Source: Tubulanus polymorphus (taxonomy: Eukaryota; Animalia; Nemertea). From it: DNA of 64,000 bases. This document shows, in pieces, positions 58,401 through 64,000 of this stretch. The notes beneath the pieces were generated by a model. That model saw only the letters and a program-made list of their open reading frames with translations. It searched no databases and had not been told where the DNA came from. Position 1 is the first letter of the stretch; each line of letters begins with the position of its first letter. The stretch lies in contig NC_134033.1 of NCBI RefSeq assembly GCF_964204645.1, positions 16,252,655 to 16,316,654 of the forward strand. Direction: 5' to 3'. The translations under genes were made by a program, and so were the position numbers.

Positions 58401-58665
58401 TTCGGGTAGAGCTGATCCTACAGAACTCGTTCTAGCTCGACGCAGTTTAGTCATCAATTTGTGTAATTTATTTTGCTGGTTACCGTTAATAATCGTCCAG
58501 TTGTGCGCCGTATTTTCGGTCGAGATACCGAACCAGGTCGCCGCTTGGCTGGCCGTTCTTTTCTTACCGATAAACTCAACTCTGAACCCACTTCTTTACA
58601 CTATTCTAACTATCGATATGAAATCCATACGAGCTCGAAACAAACGCAGCAAACCAATCAAATAG
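52490..58665 (+). CDS. GRL101-like LDLa/LRR GPCR with N-terminal CUB and C-type lectin domains (~1931 aa, 3 exons)
   Basis: Exons 52490-53716, 53951-55294, 55441-58665 (phase-0 GT-AG introns). Signal peptide; CUB (SGYIVSPNYP..CYWFV; IYDG..YGPYC); CTLD (LNWENAEIYC..GHLLSINS..WSDG..WVRFPC); many LDLa repeats (FQC..C..CD...DC.DGSDE); LRRs; hinge YKFCC..PDQFSSCSDL; 7TM ending LPINSTLNPLLY. Confidence 0.92.
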
Positions 58666-60180
58666 CCTCACGGCGTTGTGCAAATGAAATAGTTATCTTA
58701 TTAAGGACCGGATCGAATTTATTTACGAATTCGCTCGAACTTAATGATTTTCACTGTAGTTCGTGTCTTGTTGTAGCTATACAAAACATATAATGTTGAT
58801 AGAACACAATTGAAATTGTTTTACGGATCTGATTACCTGTGGATATCCCGTGTCCCGGTCTCTGCACCACGGAGGTGATTTCCTCGGATTATCGGAGATT
58901 ATCGCGGGTCTTGATTCGTGTGACGACAAACAATCGTCTGCCCGACTCGCCCGATAATCACTTGCTACCGCGTTACAGAAAATAACCCAAGATCCAATAC
59001 TTTTTTTTTTTTATTCTATACCCTCGAGGAGAAATAAACATGAATTATTTGACGAAATGATTACTCCAAGGGTTTAGTTACAGATATGGGAAGATGAGTT
59101 CAATAGCCATCTGCGCATTTATTTCGATTTTTTTAAAAATCTGCGTATATCAAACAAATACTACCGGTAGATTAATCAATGCGGGATGAAAAATAAATCA
59201 AATCAAATCAAAACCTTACGCTGTCTGGTTCCGCCAGCATTTCATGAGAGGTGCACGGTCCAAACTGATGATTGAATTATGTCTCGAACACAAAACAGTT
59301 TAAAATATATACAATCTCTGAATATCATATAGTTTTATTTCTACAATTTATCATGAATAACAATTAGAAAATCAAAAATTATCCAACAACGAAAAATGTT
59401 TGTGACGTCTTTTTTGATTCTCTTGGAAATTTGATTTTATTGCGGACCTAAAATGATGAAAATAAGAATAAAACATAGCTCTTATTCTGACATCTGGAAA
59501 AAACAATCAATTTCGAAATGTGAATGAGCAATATTCTATCGAATCATATCGAACTTAGATTTCATGAAGTATTATTAGCGTTTAGCCCCCGGTGCGAGTC
59601 GAAAGCCTCTGATTATCACGCGTACTCCCGCCATGCGAGACAAACGACTCAGTGACCGGCGCAGTCATGTATTCTAATGTCCAATGCATGCAATGATTAT
59701 TATATTATATTTACAAATGTCAAAATGCTTCCACAACCACCACTGTACACACTATACATGCATAAATATAGAGGTTCAAATGTATACGCAAAAACAAAAT
59801 GATTCACTACTACCGATAACAAAAAACGAGAATGAAATGTAATAGATACATAAATGAATAAGCAATTGAATAATAAATAGACAAATAGAATATATTTGTA
59901 AGAAGTAAAAAGGTGACGACTGCGTTTTCAAGTGTAACGTCGATAGACGTTGCGAGTCGGCGCTGGTGAAAGACAATTGGTGTATTATTCCGGTCCCGTT
60001 AAAATCAAAAGCGTCGCTTCATCAAACGGAATTTTGTACACAACCAAAAACATTTCGCCGTAAACTATTAATGAGTATTATATAGATATTAGTCGTTATC
60101 TAGTCGCGGAAACGACGTTCTAAAACTATCGATTATAACGGACAGCATTTTCCGGCGCAGTCATTCGTAGTAACGATGTT

Positions 60181-60346
60181 CCGTGAGGTGCTGCCGCTGT
60201 GCTCGTCGTTAGCGGATATTTCACACACTAATACGAGTCGACTCTGGCAACCGACACTTGTTCTTCTGCACGTTGGTTGCCAGAGGTGGCTCAGATTAGT
60301 GTCTGAAAAATCCGCTAATGACGAGCATAGCGGCAGCACCTTACAG
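60181..60346. mobile_element. Palindromic MITE related to 22279-22456
   Basis: ggtgctgccgctgtgctcgtcgttagcgga ... tccgctaatgacgagcatagcggcagcacc; degenerate half at ~61005-61095. Confidence 0.8.
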
Positions 60347-61391
60347 AACTACGTACTGCACAAGACTGCGCGTACAACGGATCCGATTATCTCTGATTAT
60401 CACATGCCCCTATTCGTTATGACTGACAACCCATCGTCGCTCCATCTTCGGTTGGTATCTGAGAATTATCCCGGTGATCCCTAAATCCGCGATGCAAACG
60501 CACTCTATTTTCTATCCTCGAGAATCATAATGAATATTTACCGAAGTAACAAGCCGCACTGAAATATTCGGAAACTTTGATTTTGATTTTAAAGTTTAGT
60601 GAACCGACACAAGACTGGGAAAGTAATCAGCACAATGATTTACAGGGTTCTTATACAGATCAGGGAAATCAGCGAATTCCGGATTCCGGAACAGTTTTCT
60701 TGAAAATCTGTCAGGTAATATCAGGTGACTATCAGGATATTTTGAATTATCTGATCTACAAGAACCCAGGGTTCGTGATTGATGCAAATATTATGTAATA
60801 TGATGATATATTCACTATTAATCACTGTCACTTTTATTCACTCTTTATCTTTTGTACTTTGTCTCCGCTTCCAGGTTGACATATGAATAAGAAATAAAAC
60901 TATTCACAATAAGATTATTGTAAATCTTTACGAATCAAATAGATAACAGGTTTAATACCTATTCTAAGATAAAAAAAATATGAATCACCTCTGGTGATCG
61001 CCACGTGCTCCTCAACTCGTCGATGGCCAGAGTCGACTAAAGTCAGTATCTAGAAAACCCACTTACAAGGAGTATTGCGGCAGCACCTTACGTCAAGGCA
61101 GAGACAGTATTCGAAATAGAACGTATTTAGAGTTTTGAAATAACATTGAAAAATGGTATGTATATAGAACTGACTCGGCATTAGATATCGAATTATATTT
61201 TTACATTTCGTTTAAATCTCGTTAATCATTAATTCGGTTTCGTAGATTATTGAATTAATTTTTACGGTCGCCGTGTAGTCCGAGTCAGTCTCATCCAGCT
61301 CTATCCATATTCACTGGGAAACGCCCTACATTAATTGGATTAAAATCTATTCGCTGTAGTTAGAGTTAAACTGATCGAGGAGAATGTCAAC

Positions 61392-64000
61392 ATGACGCGC
61401 AGTCTCTTAACGTTATTACTCATTCTACTAATGAAACTGTCGTCGGTTCAGACGACTGATCGGATCTCTACCGATCAACCGTCTGTAACTGTCAGTTCAC
61501 GGTGTAACAATACGTGGTTTTCACTCGATTCTACGTCCGGTTACATCGTTTCACCGAATTATCCGTCGTTTACGCGCGGTGTTGAATGTTATTGGTTCAT
61601 CAACAGCTCTTTACCGGGTACCTTTCGCGTCCAAGTTTACTACGACATCGAGCCGTCTATATTCTGTAGAGATAACTATCTTCACATCAGCGATTCTGAT
61701 AACTTACTGTGCGGTGATGGAAAACGATTAGATATTTACCGCAGTAATTCATTATCGTTGATGTTTAAGAGTGATGTAAATGATGTTGTGAAAGGAAGTC
61801 GAGTTTATGTATTTTATCGTTTGGAGCAAAAACATCTGAAAACTGTTCACGACTGTCACTCAAACACAATAAAACAATTACAAACTATTAAAACTGGTTA
61901 CAAATTTGCCATCTACATGAATAGATTTTGTCGCCTCCTCCAGCTGGAGTGGTCCGGAATACCAAAGGGTTTCGGTATGAATTTGACTTTTGAGAAAATA
62001 GATTTTAGATTCGAACAACCAGGTTTACGCGTGACCGTTCAGATTTATGACGGATGGAACACAAGTGAACCTATAATGAATATACGGGAACAAACCGGAC
62101 ATCCGCCCATCTCTATTTACACGAAAACTAACAAAGCTATCGTCACTTTTTCAATGAAACAGGTCCCAGTAGTTCTCAAAACTAATCTATTCGTTAAAAT
62201 GTATAGAATATCAGATTGGAATATTTCTAATCCATCGATTCCGATCCATAGAAACAAATCTGGAGTGCTCATTCCTGGTGATAGGCCACATGTAATAACT
62301 CAGTCTAAACGCTTATACTGCTGGTCTATCAGAGCTGAAATACTGCAGTACGTCGTCTTCAACTGGTCACGTGATCTCGTCACTTCCGATGACGTCATCG
62401 GTGTTTATAAACTGGAAGGCTTAACGGTTGTCGGAACTGATATTTTACTCGGTAAAAACTACCTGGAATCTTTAAGTATAAAGTCTGACGGATTTCTCGT
62501 GATATTGTGTTTACTGTTATCAGAGAATTTTGTCGGGAAATCGTTTAGAAATTCAACATTGATCGACTACAAAATAGAATCAGTGAAGGAAACAGACGTC
62601 AAAGTGGAAAATAAAAAAGTGAGTTAAACAGCACGAAAATATGTCGTGAATTCATTGTATTGATCCAACTTTTCTTGTTGGATACCAAGAGAATTATGTG
62701 TTCATATTGCGGTTAATGAGAATGAAGAATAGACAATTAATGAATTGAATATTGAGGACTTACTCTAGGTTTTCATCTATTGTAGGTTAAAAATGATCAT
62801 CAAGTGTCATATTCTAGTTTGTTCCCCATAAACTCGGAATGGAAGTTACAATATTGTATCAGTAGATTTGCACTCCGCTCGAAAGTCGACATCAACGAGA
62901 ATAAATTAAAACTAACAGTTTTATCAGAGAATTGTGAGAGAGCTGGATTTTATATATATGATGGTGGTAATTTTACAGCTAGACGCTATGGTCCGTATTG
63001 TACTGCTGGTCTGGGAAACTATGGTCGATCTGTTGTGAGTCTGATTACATCAGGAGGACCGGTTACTGTAGTAACATACGCTTACAACTGGCATGATCTA
63101 CTGGTAACAACTGGTGACCTTGTTTCCCTCATGTTTGTTCCTACCGACTGTGACGGGTATGTTCTACAGGAAGGAGAACGTCAGATCAATATGACGTCAC
63201 ATTGTCTCGTTATTACACCAGAAAATCGACGCCAACCGATAGAAAACATCGATGTATTATCAGAACATGAATATCAAATTGACAGTTGTTATCGTGGAGC
63301 CAGGAATCCCTGTTCAGCGATAAGTCTCAATAGTCACGTGTTAAATACCAGTCTCGTATTAAACCATGTGAAATTATTACGCACTGAATATGAATTCTGG
63401 AGGTCATCACTAATGATTGTATTACGACGTAAATGTCAGAAATTAAAACGCGGCTTTCGGGCTGTTATTGGTGGAAGGAGTGAGATAGATCATTGTGGAC
63501 TCGTGCAGTCACCGAACTTCCCTGGATTACCTACCTATACTGCACAATTATTCTATGTTTTTTCTTTTTCATCCGACAAAATCATAAATTATTACATCAG
63601 ATTCCTGTTTAAATTTATCGGACAAACATCATGCGATAAATCTACTCATTACCGCACCAGGGAATCAATATTACTGACACAAATTATCAAAATGTTTGAT
63701 GATCCAAACGATTTATTTTCCGGGTTTACAGAAACTCGTCATATAATAAAAATATGTGAAAATAACGCAGTAACAGGACTTGTATTGTACAGTCTACTCG
63801 GGTATGACTTGTATTTTGAGTTGTCAGAGTTCATGCCAATATTTCAAATTCAATACACTTTAGAACAATCACCTTTACTGAAACATCGAATTAATGGCTG
63901 CCGATCAGATTTTCTAGATTCTGGTGTTTCGTGTATTAGATACATCAAACATGAACGTCTGAATTGGGAGAACGCTGAAATTTACTGTCAACAGAAATAT
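61392..64000 (+). CDS. Tandem paralog of the GRL101-like receptor, 3'-partial
   Basis: Exon 1 61392-62618 (1227 nt, same length as copy 1); exon 2 starts 62786 (tgtag|GTT AAA AAT) and appears open to the window end (..LNWENAEIYCQQKY); ~240 bp upstream also duplicated. Confidence 0.9.

Noticed and set aside
58860-60500. Three loosely similar gattatc-containing segments (~58880, 59605, 60385)
   Set aside because: Similarity too weak to define a repeat or regulatory element.

Overview
Intron-rich, AT-rich animal DNA, probably a lophotrochozoan invertebrate (inferred from the gene families; not prokaryotic). Genes reconstructed by hand from splice sites, in order: (1) an ABCC4/MRP4-type ABC transporter (+, 5' end outside the window, stop 19586) with two separate pairs of tandem-duplicated exons that look mutually exclusive; (2) a Golgi carbohydrate sulfotransferase; (3) a 134-aa secreted protein resembling a miniaturised astacin without the zinc motif, with a second copy of exon 4 beyond (4) an intronless class-A GPCR; (5) IFT80 (-, 18 coding exons) with a U12 AT-AC intron; (6) head-to-head with IFT80, a 12-exon protein whose N-terminus resembles Pil1/Lsp1 (eisosome) and FAM92 BAR domains; (7,8) two tandem GRL101-like CUB/C-type lectin/LDLa/LRR GPCRs with patchy divergence. 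Introns contain many palindromic MITEs, minisatellites, Penelope-type hammerhead-like motifs and CTCF-like motifs near ABCC4 exon boundaries. All homology calls are from recalled sequences compared by eye; no searches were run.
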